Of a DNA stretch of 64,000 nucleotides, positions 16,540 through 27,297 are shown piece by piece. The position numbers and the translations under genes are program-made. Each line of letters starts with the position of its first letter. Within the stretch, counting starts at the first letter, position 1. The DNA is from Klebsiella phage KP182. The stretch lies in sequence record OM337876.1; one strand, written 5' to 3'. Under the pieces are notes generated by a model. It searched no databases. It was not told the origin of the DNA and saw nothing but the letters and a program-made list of their open reading frames with translations.

Positions 16540-19500
16540 CAATTGCACCGTTCGTCACCAGCTTACGAATTCATAAGCTATCTGCGAATCAGGTCAATAT
16601 TCGTTGGGATGACGTTGGTGCAAACTTCTACTATTTTGTAGAACTGGCCGAAACTCGAAATCAAGCGGGGGAAATCATCCCCGCTGATAATTTGAGTTGG
16701 TCTTCACTGGGTTATACCGCGGATAATGATTGGTTCGAGCAAAATCGTATTGAACCGCTTACCTATTATAAAATGCGTGTTCAAACTACGTCAGCAGGAT
16801 TTGAACCGTCTGAATGGGTTGAAACAGAAGAGTTCCAAACTTTTGAAGAAAACGCGTACACGTTTGAGCATATGCAAGAATTCAGTTTAGTGAAAGAATT
16901 CATTAAGCAGAAGTTTTCTTTAAATAACATGTCGTATGTTAACTTCAACACATCTGCCATGATGGCATCTTTGATGACTGAGTCTTTTCAATTTAGTCCT
17001 GAATATTCTCATTTGTCAGCTATTGAAAACTTCGTAGTAGGTGAATCTGGATATCATGAAATTCAGGGACCTATTGAAGCAGTCTGTGTTGATAAAAATA
17101 GAACCATGCTAGGAGAAATAGACGGAATTTTGTATCTGTTTGAAAGATTCCAACATATGGTTAAAGTATCAAACGATAAAGGACAGAACTGGCAATATGT
17201 TCAGTTATTTAATGACCGTGTAGGAAACCCTGTTTCACGGGTAGTCATTTATCAATCAAGTACCACATCGTATGTTTTAGGATATGATAAAATCTTTTAC
17301 GGAAGAAAATCATCTGACGTACGCTGGTCATCAAATGAGGTTAAATTTAGCGATAACGAAGTCACGTTCGCTAAATTGGGAGACCAGTTAAAATTGGGAT
17401 TTGAAGTAGAGTTATTTGGTACATATGCATCACTACCTGCTGATGTTACCAAATATGCAGAAGCTTTTACATGTAATGATGACCACTTATACGTAGTTGC
17501 AAAAGATACAGTACGCAGAGTTAAATTAAAAGATGCTCCAATAGATACTGACCCTTTAAGCCCTACATTTGGTGAAAAGGTGTTCGAAAAAGAAGCATCT
17601 CATATAACAGGCAATCCTAAATCTGTATGCTTTAAAATGGATTCCGTTGGAGGCAAAATCTTTGCCCTTATTACAGGGGAAGTTAAAACCTTAGGATTAG
17701 ACCCAACAGACCCAAGGAACGTTGTTGATTCTGCAACTAAAGGCGTCTATGTTTATCAAGAAGGCACAAATACATGGAAACGTGTATTCGGTAATACAGA
17801 TGAAGAAAAACGTCGTATAGAGCATTTATTGACATCTATGTCAACTGACGGAAAGGAAATATTCTTTTCATCAGCTAATTTCAAAACAATAGAGTACGCT
17901 CAGGATACTGAACTTGAAGCAAAATACCCAGAACTAATTTCTAGCGCAGTAAAAAACGTTAATCCAATTCAGTATCACTCTGATAAGCATTATCATATGA
18001 TGAGTTTCAGGGCAGATGAATTTTCTGGTTGGGAAACATTTGTTCCTGGTCCTATGAGGTTTTATGCTGAACCTTGGTTTGTATGGATGGCTCGCGAGGG
18101 TAACAGATGTTGGATAAGTACAGCTGACCACGCAGTAGTCATTTATAATGATATTTTTTATCAGAAAAGAATAGACACGGCGGCACAAGGAACTACTGAA
18201 CGTGTTCTTTCGGAAGTGTGGGATAAAGGTGACGCAACGTTTTATTGCCCTCCAGTTTCATTTAATGGATTTTTGCAGTATGCTTCTGGCATCATGTTTC
18301 ACGAACCAGACGGAAAACTGATAGGCTATTACGCATTTGATTATCGTGTTCGTGACCAGGTAACGCTTAACTGGAAACCAACTGATGTAATGTTTAAAGC
18401 GTTTCTGCAGAACCAAACACGGGAAGAAGACTGGACACCTGAACATACTCCAGGCTTACGTGACCCGGATTTACGTCCGTATCTTACTAAAATGATGCCG
18501 GATAGCTACTTATTACAAGATAGTAATTTTGAGCACTTTTGTAAGTACTATCTCCAATTCCTTTCGGATGGAAATGGAACGCATTACAACAGTCTCGTTA
18601 ATCTTGTTAAGAACAAATATCCTCGCGAAGAAAATGCATGGGAATATCTGTGGTCAGAAGTTTATAAACGCAACATTTATCTGAGTAAAGACGCTCGTGA
18701 CGCTGTCGTCCGTTTCTTTGAAGCACGCAAGAATGATTTCTATGCTACCAAAGGAATTGAAGACTCATACAAGTTCTTGTTTAAACTTCTTTATAATGAA
18801 GATGTTGAAATTGATATCGAGTCAAAGAATACGACCGAATATGACATTATTGTAGAGAGTACAAATATTTCTGACGATTTGGTTGGTCGTACGATTTATA
18901 CTGCTTCTGGTCGTAGTAATGTGACTTATATCGAGAGAGAATATCAGGACGGTCGTCTGTTGTGGCGTATTACTATTCACAACTTATCAGGACGATTTAT
19001 TGAAGGACAAGAAATTAAATCGGAACGTACTGACTTCGAAGGTGTCATAATTCAAGGTGTCCGTGGAAAGGATATGTTGAGTAATAACATTGATTATATA
19101 AACCGCAGCCGTTCTTACTATGTTATGAAAATTAAGTCTCAGCTTCCTACTTCTCGGTTCCGCGATGATGTACTGAGATTTGTTCATCCTGTAGGTTTCG
19201 GTTTCATTGGTATAACATTGCTGACAATGTTTATCAATAGCGGTTTAAACATGAAGCATGTTGAGACTATCATAAATAAACTCAAGAACTATAAATGGGA
19301 TGCAGGACTGCCATCAGTTTATCCTGATAGAGTTGCTATTATCGCTTCAGATGATACAATAGAAAGAGACCCAATAACTAATGAGCCTAGGTATTCTTCA
19401 CGTGCTCAAGCTGGTGAACCTTTCCCGTTACCTGCTAACTATAATCAAGAAAATAACAATAGTGTTATCGCTGGACAAAACCCTGGACAACGACGTAAGC

Positions 19501-19634
19501 CGTTGAGCCCTACATTTGACCAATCAGCAGTAACGTTTGCTAATTATCGCGATTTAGTTAACCAACGTCTTAAAGACGATGCAGGTAATCCTCGCGATCC
19601 TGAAAATCCGACACAGGTAAAAATTGATGAGTAA
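16536..19634 (+). CDS. 7: gp7 baseplate wedge protein
   Basis: 1032 aa, matching the ~1032 aa I recall for T4 gp7; position. Confidence 0.85.
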   Translation: MTIAPFVTSLRIHKLSANQVNIRWDDVGANFYYFVELAETRNQAGEIIPADNLSWSSLGYTADNDWFEQNRIEPLTYYKMRVQTTSAGFEPSEWVETEEFQTFEENAYTFEHMQEFSLVKEFIKQKFSLNNMSYVNFNTSAMMASLMTESFQFSPEYSHLSAIENFVVGESGYHEIQGPIEAVCVDKNRTMLGEIDGILYLFERFQHMVKVSNDKGQNWQYVQLFNDRVGNPVSRVVIYQSSTTSYVLGYDKIFYGRKSSDVRWSSNEVKFSDNEVTFAKLGDQLKLGFEVELFGTYASLPADVTKYAEAFTCNDDHLYVVAKDTVRRVKLKDAPIDTDPLSPTFGEKVFEKEASHITGNPKSVCFKMDSVGGKIFALITGEVKTLGLDPTDPRNVVDSATKGVYVYQEGTNTWKRVFGNTDEEKRRIEHLLTSMSTDGKEIFFSSANFKTIEYAQDTELEAKYPELISSAVKNVNPIQYHSDKHYHMMSFRADEFSGWETFVPGPMRFYAEPWFVWMAREGNRCWISTADHAVVIYNDIFYQKRIDTAAQGTTERVLSEVWDKGDATFYCPPVSFNGFLQYASGIMFHEPDGKLIGYYAFDYRVRDQVTLNWKPTDVMFKAFLQNQTREEDWTPEHTPGLRDPDLRPYLTKMMPDSYLLQDSNFEHFCKYYLQFLSDGNGTHYNSLVNLVKNKYPREENAWEYLWSEVYKRNIYLSKDARDAVVRFFEARKNDFYATKGIEDSYKFLFKLLYNEDVEIDIESKNTTEYDIIVESTNISDDLVGRTIYTASGRSNVTYIEREYQDGRLLWRITIHNLSGRFIEGQEIKSERTDFEGVIIQGVRGKDMLSNNIDYINRSRSYYVMKIKSQLPTSRFRDDVLRFVHPVGFGFIGITLLTMFINSGLNMKHVETIINKLKNYKWDAGLPSVYPDRVAIIASDDTIERDPITNEPRYSSRAQAGEPFPLPANYNQENNNSVIAGQNPGQRRKPLSPTFDQSAVTFANYRDLVNQRLKDDAGNPRDPENPTQVKIDE

Positions 19635-20652
19635 TTCAACAAGAGCAAGTTCAACGCGTAGCACGATTTATCGTGCTATCATTACATCTAAGTTCAGAAC
19701 TGAAAAGATGTACACATTTTATAAATCGATTGGTCCGGGAACGGACCAAAACACACTGTATGTTTCATTTGGCAAAAGCACTCCATGGTCAGATAATGAA
19801 TCTGAACCTGGATTTGCACCTCCATATCCCGCTGATAATGGAGATGGGGTAGTTGATGTTTGGACAAATATGATGGGTGCGGTCAAAATTGAATCATCTA
19901 TGCTTGATTGTGTTGTTCCAAGAAGAGACTGGGGTGATACTAGATATCCTAACCCGCGTACATTTTTGATTGGCGACATTGTTGTTGCTAACTCTGCGCC
20001 ATATAACAGAACTGACGCTGGATTTGGGTGGATGGTATATAGATGTATTGATGTTCCAAAAGACGGAATGTGTTCAATTGGAAATCTTACAAGCAAAGAT
20101 GAATGTATTAAGCTTGGAGGTAAATGGACACCATCAGCTATTTCAGGTTCAGCTCCTCGTGGTCGTGGTGATGCAAATGGTACTGTCGATTTAGGTGATG
20201 GATATCTTTGGGAATATCTATATGAAATTCCAGCTGATGTATCAATCAACAGATGCACAAATGAATATATTGTAGTTCCTTGGCCAGAAGAGATTCAAGA
20301 ATCTCCGGCTCGTTGGGGATTTCAAAACAACTTAACATGGCAGCAAAATGACTTTAATTTAATTTATCGCATGAAGTGCAATACGATTAGATTTAAAGCA
20401 TATCTTGACGCAATTTATTTCCCAGAATTTAGTCTTCCAGGAAATACTGGGTTTAGACAGCTGTCAATTATAACTAATCCGCTTGAAGTTAAGCCAATGC
20501 CAAATTCTCCTAACGTTAAGGCTGAAAAAGGCTGGTATAGTGCTTCTGGTCTTGAAAGACAGTCAGGTGAAATGATTTACATGGAAAATCGGCAACCTAT
20601 TATTCGTTCAATGGACCAAACGGAAGAATTAAACTTAATTTTCGAGTTTTAA
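19624..20652 (+). CDS. 8: gp8 baseplate wedge protein
   Basis: 342 aa; position. Confidence 0.8.
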   Translation: MMSNSTRASSTRSTIYRAIITSKFRTEKMYTFYKSIGPGTDQNTLYVSFGKSTPWSDNESEPGFAPPYPADNGDGVVDVWTNMMGAVKIESSMLDCVVPRRDWGDTRYPNPRTFLIGDIVVANSAPYNRTDAGFGWMVYRCIDVPKDGMCSIGNLTSKDECIKLGGKWTPSAISGSAPRGRGDANGTVDLGDGYLWEYLYEIPADVSINRCTNEYIVVPWPEEIQESPARWGFQNNLTWQQNDFNLIYRMKCNTIRFKAYLDAIYFPEFSLPGNTGFRQLSIITNPLEVKPMPNSPNVKAEKGWYSASGLERQSGEMIYMENRQPIIRSMDQTEELNLIFEF

Positions 20653-20656
20653 TTAT

Positions 20657-20681
20657 GGGGAGCCGAAGGCTCCCCATTTTT
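20657..20681 (+). terminator. rho-independent terminator GGGGAGCC-gaag-GCTCCCC + T-run
   Basis: seen in sequence after gene 8. Confidence 0.6.
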
Positions 20682-20682
20682 A

Positions 20683-20690
20683 TATAAATA
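20683..20690 (+). promoter_or_regulatory. late promoter TATAAATA upstream of gene 9
   Basis: exact motif. Confidence 0.6.
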
Positions 20691-20718
20691 GGACTATACT
20701 TTGATATGAGGTTAACCT

Positions 20719-21630
20719 ATGTATACAGATAAAGGTAAAAAAATAATTGACGTCGGTGAGATTGGTAACGCTTCTACCGGCGACATTCTGTACGATGGTG
20801 GTGTGAAAATTAATGATAACTTCGACGCCATTTACAACGCCTTCGCCGACCAACGATTATTTGCAGCTGGCGGCGGAGCATTGAACCAAAAAATTCATGC
20901 AACAAGCTATTATCAAAAGATAAAATTTGGTGATGCTAACTCTGCAGGGACAGTTCCAATGGGGTCATGCATAGATGCTGATTGTTCAGAAGGTGCAGTT
21001 CAAATACGTCTTTCAAAAGGTAAAGCGGGAGAAGCTGTATTCGTTGTAAATAGTAATGGCTCAGCATCAAAAGCTAGATCCATAAAAATAACAACAAACG
21101 GCGAAGGTGTAGCAGATGCATTTAAAGACGGATCGCGAGAATTGATTATCAACACACCAAGATGTAGAATTGAGCTATGGTGCATTGAAGTCAAAGCTAA
21201 CGGTGCTGCAGTTTGGGATTATTCAATTTCAAGTATGTTTGGCAGCACATATTCGCCGTTAGAAGCTACATATAATTTAACGAGTTCTCCTATTAATATT
21301 CGACTTGGATATAATGATGATTACTCTACTGTTAAATTGCTATTAAGCTTCAGCGCAAATCCAGGTGGTCAAACCATCAAAAGGCAATCATCTGAAGTTA
21401 TGCTTATGATTGACCCGACTATTACTTCGTCAGCACCAAACGGAAGAGTATTTGATACTGAATATGCAGTGTTAAGAAGCGGTGAATCATCTGAAAACGA
21501 AAAGATGTATTCCATTTCATACTCTATTAATGCACAAAAAGATTTAATATGCACAGCTTCAACATCTTATGGAAACGCACGTTTGGCAGTTAAAGTTATT
21601 GCTACACAGACCGTAGGGGTATCTCAATAA
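20719..21630 (+). CDS. 9: gp9 baseplate wedge / tail-fibre socket
   Basis: 303 aa; position. Confidence 0.75.
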   Translation: MYTDKGKKIIDVGEIGNASTGDILYDGGVKINDNFDAIYNAFADQRLFAAGGGALNQKIHATSYYQKIKFGDANSAGTVPMGSCIDADCSEGAVQIRLSKGKAGEAVFVVNSNGSASKARSIKITTNGEGVADAFKDGSRELIINTPRCRIELWCIEVKANGAAVWDYSISSMFGSTYSPLEATYNLTSSPINIRLGYNDDYSTVKLLLSFSANPGGQTIKRQSSEVMLMIDPTITSSAPNGRVFDTEYAVLRSGESSENEKMYSISYSINAQKDLICTASTSYGNARLAVKVIATQTVGVSQ

Positions 21631-23453
21631 TGAAACAAAATTTGATAGTAGGCCAATCAGTAGATGACGGGTCTGGTGATTACCTCCGTAAAGGTGGTCT
21701 TAAAATTAATAACAACTTTGATGATTTATATTCAGAGTTAGGGGATGGATCAGTTCCATTTGCTGCAGGTGCATGGAAAACTTTTAAAGCTAGCCCTACT
21801 GGAACTACTTTAAATGCTAAGTTTGGTCAGGCTTTTGCTATTAACACACAAGCAGCAAGAGTTAATGTTCAGCTTCCAAAGGGAACAGCTAATGACTATA
21901 ACAAAGTTATTAAACTTCGTGATGTTTGGTCAACCTGGCGATTAAGCCCAATCACAGTTATTCCAGCTCAAGGCGATACATTAAAAGGTTCAGCTTCTCC
22001 TAAAATTTTCAACACTAACTTCCAAGATTTGGAATTAGTTTATTGCGCACCTGGCCGCTGGGAATACATTGAAAATAAAACAGTAGACAAGCTAACTAAT
22101 GGCAACTTAAGTACTGTAGCGAAAAAATCAATTATTGCTACCGCCGGACAGACTGACTTTCTTAACATTTTTGATGGCGTAGATTATAACGAAGACTCAC
22201 TTAACGTATATCGTCGTGGTAATATTTTATATTACGGTGAAACCAGCGTTATGGATAAAGCCAATGCTGATTACGGTTCTCCTGGAACGGTAGCGGGTCA
22301 ATTGGTAGAATTAAACGGTAAAGACATTCGTTTAAAAGTTCCGTGTGTTGAAGGCGAAGTAATAACATTCGAAACCTTCTTAGATGGAATTGGTGTATAT
22401 CGTTCTTCATACAACAAGTTAGCTATCCAGATACGAGATTCAGCCCAGACTACATCCCAGACGATTCCTGGGTCAATTATAGTAGATAACCTTGCTACTC
22501 TCCGCAGAATCACTCTGGATGACATGGGTGTACTTCCAGGCGTAGGGGTAAATCCTAACTCGCTTGAAATTTCATTGAACGGAAAGGAATTACTCGAAGC
22601 TGGAACTGCTGGTCTTCCTTTATTTTATTGCGAAGGCGCAGAAGGCGGATATGCAGAAGACTGTATAAACAACGGTGGTCAATGGGTAAATTCTAACCAA
22701 GATTACAGACTGGAATTTGACTCGACTGGTATTAACGTAGAAGCTATTATTTTTGGTGAAGCGTTCGAGGATAAAGACCTTCTTACTGTTCGTTGGTTCA
22801 ACAACAACATCGGTACTACTATGAATATCGATGATATCATGGCAGAAACTGATCATGTGTATATGAATGCGGAGCAATTAGTAACTCTAAAAAATCGCAT
22901 TGAATACACTAACTATGATGAACCGAATCAGAAAAATATGCGTCCTGTCGCTGATGATGTTATGATTAAAGTCAATAACATTGCAGCATTCTTTGACGTA
23001 ATTTATCCGATTGGTACTATCTACGAAAACGCCCATAACCATGCAAACCCTGCCGATTACATGGGATTTGGTGTATGGAAGCTTTACTCTCAGGGTCGTG
23101 TTACTGCGGGTTGGAATAATGATTCATCTGACCCTTATTTTGCGCGTAACAATAATAACCTAAACGAAAACGGGCAACCATCGTTAACAGCAGGTGGAAC
23201 AGTTGGTGATTTGACATTTACATTAGGAAAAGAACACATTCCTGAGTTAATGTCAAGGGACAAAGTTCTAATTTCAGACCCTGAACATGGCAGCGTAGTT
23301 ATTGGCGGATGTCAATTAGACCCAGACGCGCAGGGACCAGGTTATTCTAAATACCGTGAAGACACTGTTGCAGTAAACAATGGTGTAGTTCCAAATGACA
23401 TCACTAAAATTCAGCCAACAATCACCGTTTATCGTTGGATTAGGGTAGGTTAA
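21630..23453 (+). CDS. 10: gp10 baseplate wedge protein
   Basis: 607 aa; position. Confidence 0.8.
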   Translation: MKQNLIVGQSVDDGSGDYLRKGGLKINNNFDDLYSELGDGSVPFAAGAWKTFKASPTGTTLNAKFGQAFAINTQAARVNVQLPKGTANDYNKVIKLRDVWSTWRLSPITVIPAQGDTLKGSASPKIFNTNFQDLELVYCAPGRWEYIENKTVDKLTNGNLSTVAKKSIIATAGQTDFLNIFDGVDYNEDSLNVYRRGNILYYGETSVMDKANADYGSPGTVAGQLVELNGKDIRLKVPCVEGEVITFETFLDGIGVYRSSYNKLAIQIRDSAQTTSQTIPGSIIVDNLATLRRITLDDMGVLPGVGVNPNSLEISLNGKELLEAGTAGLPLFYCEGAEGGYAEDCINNGGQWVNSNQDYRLEFDSTGINVEAIIFGEAFEDKDLLTVRWFNNNIGTTMNIDDIMAETDHVYMNAEQLVTLKNRIEYTNYDEPNQKNMRPVADDVMIKVNNIAAFFDVIYPIGTIYENAHNHANPADYMGFGVWKLYSQGRVTAGWNNDSSDPYFARNNNNLNENGQPSLTAGGTVGDLTFTLGKEHIPELMSRDKVLISDPEHGSVVIGGCQLDPDAQGPGYSKYREDTVAVNNGVVPNDITKIQPTITVYRWIRVG

Positions 23454-23454
23454 A

Positions 23455-24126
23455 ATGACTATTGAAACTAAAACTCGTGAAGGAGCTAAAGTTAATTCAA
23501 AATTAACTGCTTTTTCAGAATATCGTGTAGACCCGCAGAATATCGCTGTGGGAAATAAGGCTCCTATAGGGAGCCTAACCTTTGAACAAATGGATTTAGG
23601 TGTTTGGTATCCAAACGCAGAAGCTGCTATTAATGATTTAATGTCATTACAGTCAGCTGAAATTGGAACTATTATTTGCAATGACACTGGAATATCTCCA
23701 CAGCCAGCACAGCAAATTACTCGTGCTACTTTTTCAGGCGTAGTTTCGTTAGAACCTAAAGAAGACGGTTCTGTTGGTGACCCAGTAATAATTCACATTC
23801 TCGGATTGCCGATTAGAATTGCGAATGGTGATGACTTTGCTGCAGTAGCTACCAGGTGGTATGATAAGGTAAAAGAATTAGAAGCAGTTGGAAAAGTGGT
23901 TCAACAAGTTACTCAATCACCTGCAACTCCTCAGTATGTTGATATTATTCATCTGGATTATCAGAACCATAATTTTGAAACATATAAAAAATATGGTTTA
24001 ACTGTTGAGTTTACTGTTACTTCACCCGCTAAAGCGGGTTATGGACAATGGGACGCTATTGGTAACGAAACTAAAACCTTCGGTGCAAACACATTTACAT
24101 TCCACTATTTTAGAAGGATGGGATAA
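23455..24126 (+). CDS. 11: gp11 baseplate wedge / short-tail-fibre attachment
   Basis: 223 aa; position. Confidence 0.8.
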   Translation: MTIETKTREGAKVNSKLTAFSEYRVDPQNIAVGNKAPIGSLTFEQMDLGVWYPNAEAAINDLMSLQSAEIGTIICNDTGISPQPAQQITRATFSGVVSLEPKEDGSVGDPVIIHILGLPIRIANGDDFAAVATRWYDKVKELEAVGKVVQQVTQSPATPQYVDIIHLDYQNHNFETYKKYGLTVEFTVTSPAKAGYGQWDAIGNETKTFGANTFTFHYFRRMG

Positions 24127-25466
24127 TGGCCCAGAATAACTATAATCACTACAGTGATTTGGCCAAATATACGATATTTGACCCAGCAAATACGCAATGG
24201 CCAGTTGCTACAAAAGACGTCCAATCAGCGCTAGCGTTGATTGGAAGCTGGGCAAGAACTGACACTGGATTACCTGCAGCATCTCCAACCGTAGCAGGTA
24301 TAATTCGTACAGCTACACAGGCCGAAGTTGAAGCTGGAACTGTAGGTAATGCTGCTGTTACCCCAGCTACATTAAAATCCACAATTACTCGGCCTGAAGC
24401 AACTACCGCAATTCTTGGCTTAACCCGATACGCAACTAATACCGAAGCCGCAGCATTAACCGCAGCAAACAGAACTATTACAGCTGCTGCTCTTGGTCAT
24501 GTGTTTAAAACTGTAAAAGCCCAAGAAAACGTAGATGGAACTGTTAGGTTAACGACTGCAGCTCAAGCTCAAGCAGGAACTGATGAAACCACTGCAGTAA
24601 CTCCTAAGCGTGTTGTAGAAATGATTGGAAAGTTCAGCGTTAATCCTCCTACTTATACTTCTGCAACAGAAAGCAACTTGGGATTAGTTCGTGTCGCAAC
24701 TCAAGCCCAGGTAGCAGCAGGTGTTGTTCATGATGGATACGCAGTAACTCCAAAAACATTCATGGCGTCAAAAGCGTCTGACAGCGTATTTGGTATAGTA
24801 AAATTTGCTAAAGACTCAGATGTTACTACAGCAACAGCTAATAACCTGGCAGTTACTCCAAAAAGTTTGCAAGCGTTAAAATCAACCAAGGATAAATATG
24901 GATTAACCCGATTATCAGGTTCTCCAACATCAGATGCTTCACTTGCTGCAGCTGCGACTGATGCTGTTTTTAAAACCCGCAAAATAAACGGAAAAACTCT
25001 TGATAATGACATAACAATTACCAATAACGATATCAATTGCTATACACGCCCTGAGTCGGATGGAAGATATATGCCAGCTGGAACGCGTGTCGGTAATATT
25101 ACTTGGGTAGAAGGTGGAACTTATATTCCTGCTGGAAACTGGTTTGGGTGTAATTCTCCATATGAAGCCACTTCTAGATTGGCGCTGACTCTCACAATAA
25201 AATTCCAACGTAATAACGATGGCTATGACAATAGAATTTGGAGATTTAGAATAACTGTCAACGGGGAAAATAGAGGAGAACATACACTCAATATAGAGAA
25301 TACCAAGGGTGGTAGAAATGGTCATTCGTGGAGATTTGAAGGATATGCTACAGGCTCATATATTGTAAATGATGTTCCTCCTAATGCCAGAGTTCAAATT
25401 GAGCCATTTGAAAATATCCGTGGCGATAATTATTCAGCGTCATTAACGTTTTGCACCAACCGATAG
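24126..25466 (+). CDS. 12: gp12 short tail fibre
   Basis: 446 aa, Ala/Thr-rich repetitive N-region; position. Confidence 0.8.
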   Translation: MAQNNYNHYSDLAKYTIFDPANTQWPVATKDVQSALALIGSWARTDTGLPAASPTVAGIIRTATQAEVEAGTVGNAAVTPATLKSTITRPEATTAILGLTRYATNTEAAALTAANRTITAAALGHVFKTVKAQENVDGTVRLTTAAQAQAGTDETTAVTPKRVVEMIGKFSVNPPTYTSATESNLGLVRVATQAQVAAGVVHDGYAVTPKTFMASKASDSVFGIVKFAKDSDVTTATANNLAVTPKSLQALKSTKDKYGLTRLSGSPTSDASLAAAATDAVFKTRKINGKTLDNDITITNNDINCYTRPESDGRYMPAGTRVGNITWVEGGTYIPAGNWFGCNSPYEATSRLALTLTIKFQRNNDGYDNRIWRFRITVNGENRGEHTLNIENTKGGRNGHSWRFEGYATGSYIVNDVPPNARVQIEPFENIRGDNYSASLTFCTNR

Positions 25467-25474
25467 GGAATTAT

Positions 25475-27241
25475 ATGACAAAATTAGTAGACTCGCTTCC
25501 GTTTGTTGACGGAATTCCGGAAGATTTTCAACAGAGAATTAACTGGATAAAAAATACAGAGCCTCTTAATGGGGCTTCAACCCGCTATGGAAATGATGGA
25601 GAACTGAATAGAGCCTCTGTGCAGATTCAGAAAAATGTGGTTCAAGTTCACAATGATTTGAGTAATGTTGGAACTGTTGTAGAAACTATTCAGGTGGATG
25701 TAGACCAAATCAAAAAGTCATTAGAAATCACAGGTTCTTCTGACGCTATTGAGCAGGTTTATATCAATAAAAAGAATATTGAAAAACATGATGGGCAAAT
25801 TCTTAAATTAGAAGAAGACACCACAAAGATTAGAACTGACCTCGATTTTCTTGAAGAGGATGTAGGTGTTTATGATTCTAGTAAAGATGACTATTACAGA
25901 ACTGTTCGCGATAATATAGTTTGGGTTAAACGGGAAATTGGGGCATATCCTGGCCAAGACATTAACGGACAGCCTAAGCAAGACGCTCCAGGTTCTGGTA
26001 TGAAATATCGAATCATCAATAACGCGTCAGCTATAGTAAAACATGATGAGCGTATTCAAGCGCTAGAGGACGCATATAATGATTCGGATGTTGGTTCATT
26101 GACTATTGAAGTAAATGACCTGCGTAAAGAAGTTGGTCCTAAATCCGGAGCCACTTCAGCTTCAATTTATGCAAGGCTCGTGAATAACGCTGATGCTATT
26201 TCCGCAGCTAACAATGAAATCTTTGCTATTAACCAAGCCATTGATTTTACCAATCCAGTAAAAATTGGAGCTCGCACTACTAGATTAGAAAACGATTATC
26301 GTATAGTTGACGCAACACTTAACTCTGCGCAGACCGGATTAGTTCCTCGTGTCAATAATATTGATGCTCGTTTAGGGTCTTCTGATAAGCCTGATACTAT
26401 TGAAGGAAAAATTAGTTCTCTTTCAACTGACCAAAGATACATTTCTGATGTCGTAGGTCAGGATACTTCATCAGGGCTTCAGGGCCAAGTAGCATGGATA
26501 AACCAACAGGTTGGTATTGTTCCTAGCGAGCAGCCGATTCCTCCTGGGTCAATTTTAGCGAGAATGACCAATGTTGAAGGTATGCAAAACTCTCAGCAGT
26601 CTGCTATTCAGGACATTCAAGTAGAACTTGGTAATAACAGTGAAGGCCTAAAGGGTTCTGTATTTACATTGCAGACTCAAATGAACGGTGATTTTTCATC
26701 AGAAAATCCGGTTCAGCGGGATGGTGTGTATGCTACTGTAGTAGAATTACAGGATAAATTTGTTACTGCAGTTACTGACGTAGAACAAGATGGAGCATAC
26801 CTCCGTAAACGGGGCGAATGGTTTAAAAAGCCTTCATCAATAGGTGAATTCAGTAAAGAAGATTTCACTGTTAATTTAAGTTCTGACGCATTGGTAAATC
26901 CTAACTCATTGGTCGCTGCTTCATTCAATGCTGGCATTCGTATTGTCGATGATATTATTGTCGATGACGATGGTGTATTTTGCGTAGAAACTGATACAGT
27001 TATCGAAGCTTCTGATTCAGATAAAGCCGTCCAAATTGTTATTCTCGTCAATAACATTGAGGTGTTTACTTATAGCCTAGGTGTTAAAGCAGTAACCGGC
27101 GAGCAACTGTTGAAAACCAAGAAACTTATTGAGTTTTCGTCTGGCGATGCAATCAAAATTGTGTATAGAGCTGCTTCAGAAGAATCAAAAGTTCCTGTTA
27201 GTATTAAATCATTGGATATTACTATTCATCCAGCAGTATAA
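25475..27241 (+). CDS. wac: fibritin (whisker antigen control)
   Basis: N-terminal LPFVDGIPED motif, long coiled-coil-like central region; start at ATG after gp12 stop. Confidence 0.8.
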   Translation: MTKLVDSLPFVDGIPEDFQQRINWIKNTEPLNGASTRYGNDGELNRASVQIQKNVVQVHNDLSNVGTVVETIQVDVDQIKKSLEITGSSDAIEQVYINKKNIEKHDGQILKLEEDTTKIRTDLDFLEEDVGVYDSSKDDYYRTVRDNIVWVKREIGAYPGQDINGQPKQDAPGSGMKYRIINNASAIVKHDERIQALEDAYNDSDVGSLTIEVNDLRKEVGPKSGATSASIYARLVNNADAISAANNEIFAINQAIDFTNPVKIGARTTRLENDYRIVDATLNSAQTGLVPRVNNIDARLGSSDKPDTIEGKISSLSTDQRYISDVVGQDTSSGLQGQVAWINQQVGIVPSEQPIPPGSILARMTNVEGMQNSQQSAIQDIQVELGNNSEGLKGSVFTLQTQMNGDFSSENPVQRDGVYATVVELQDKFVTAVTDVEQDGAYLRKRGEWFKKPSSIGEFSKEDFTVNLSSDALVNPNSLVAASFNAGIRIVDDIIVDDDGVFCVETDTVIEASDSDKAVQIVILVNNIEVFTYSLGVKAVTGEQLLKTKKLIEFSSGDAIKIVYRAASEESKVPVSIKSLDITIHPAV

Positions 27242-27246
27242 TGAAA

Positions 27247-27267
27247 GGGACCTTCGGGTCCCTTTTT
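27247..27267 (+). terminator. terminator GGGACC-ttcg-GGTCCC + T5
   Basis: seen in sequence after wac. Confidence 0.65.
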
Positions 27268-27269
27268 CG

Positions 27270-27277
27270 TATAAATA
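27270..27277 (+). promoter_or_regulatory. late promoter TATAAATA upstream of gene 13
   Basis: exact motif. Confidence 0.6.
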
Positions 27278-27297
27278 GAATATAAAGAGGAGCTTAT

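Noticed and set aside
19719-20258. 179-aa antisense ORF within gene 8
   Set aside because: Embedded opposite a conserved structural gene; low-complexity Ser/Pro composition typical of a reverse frame.
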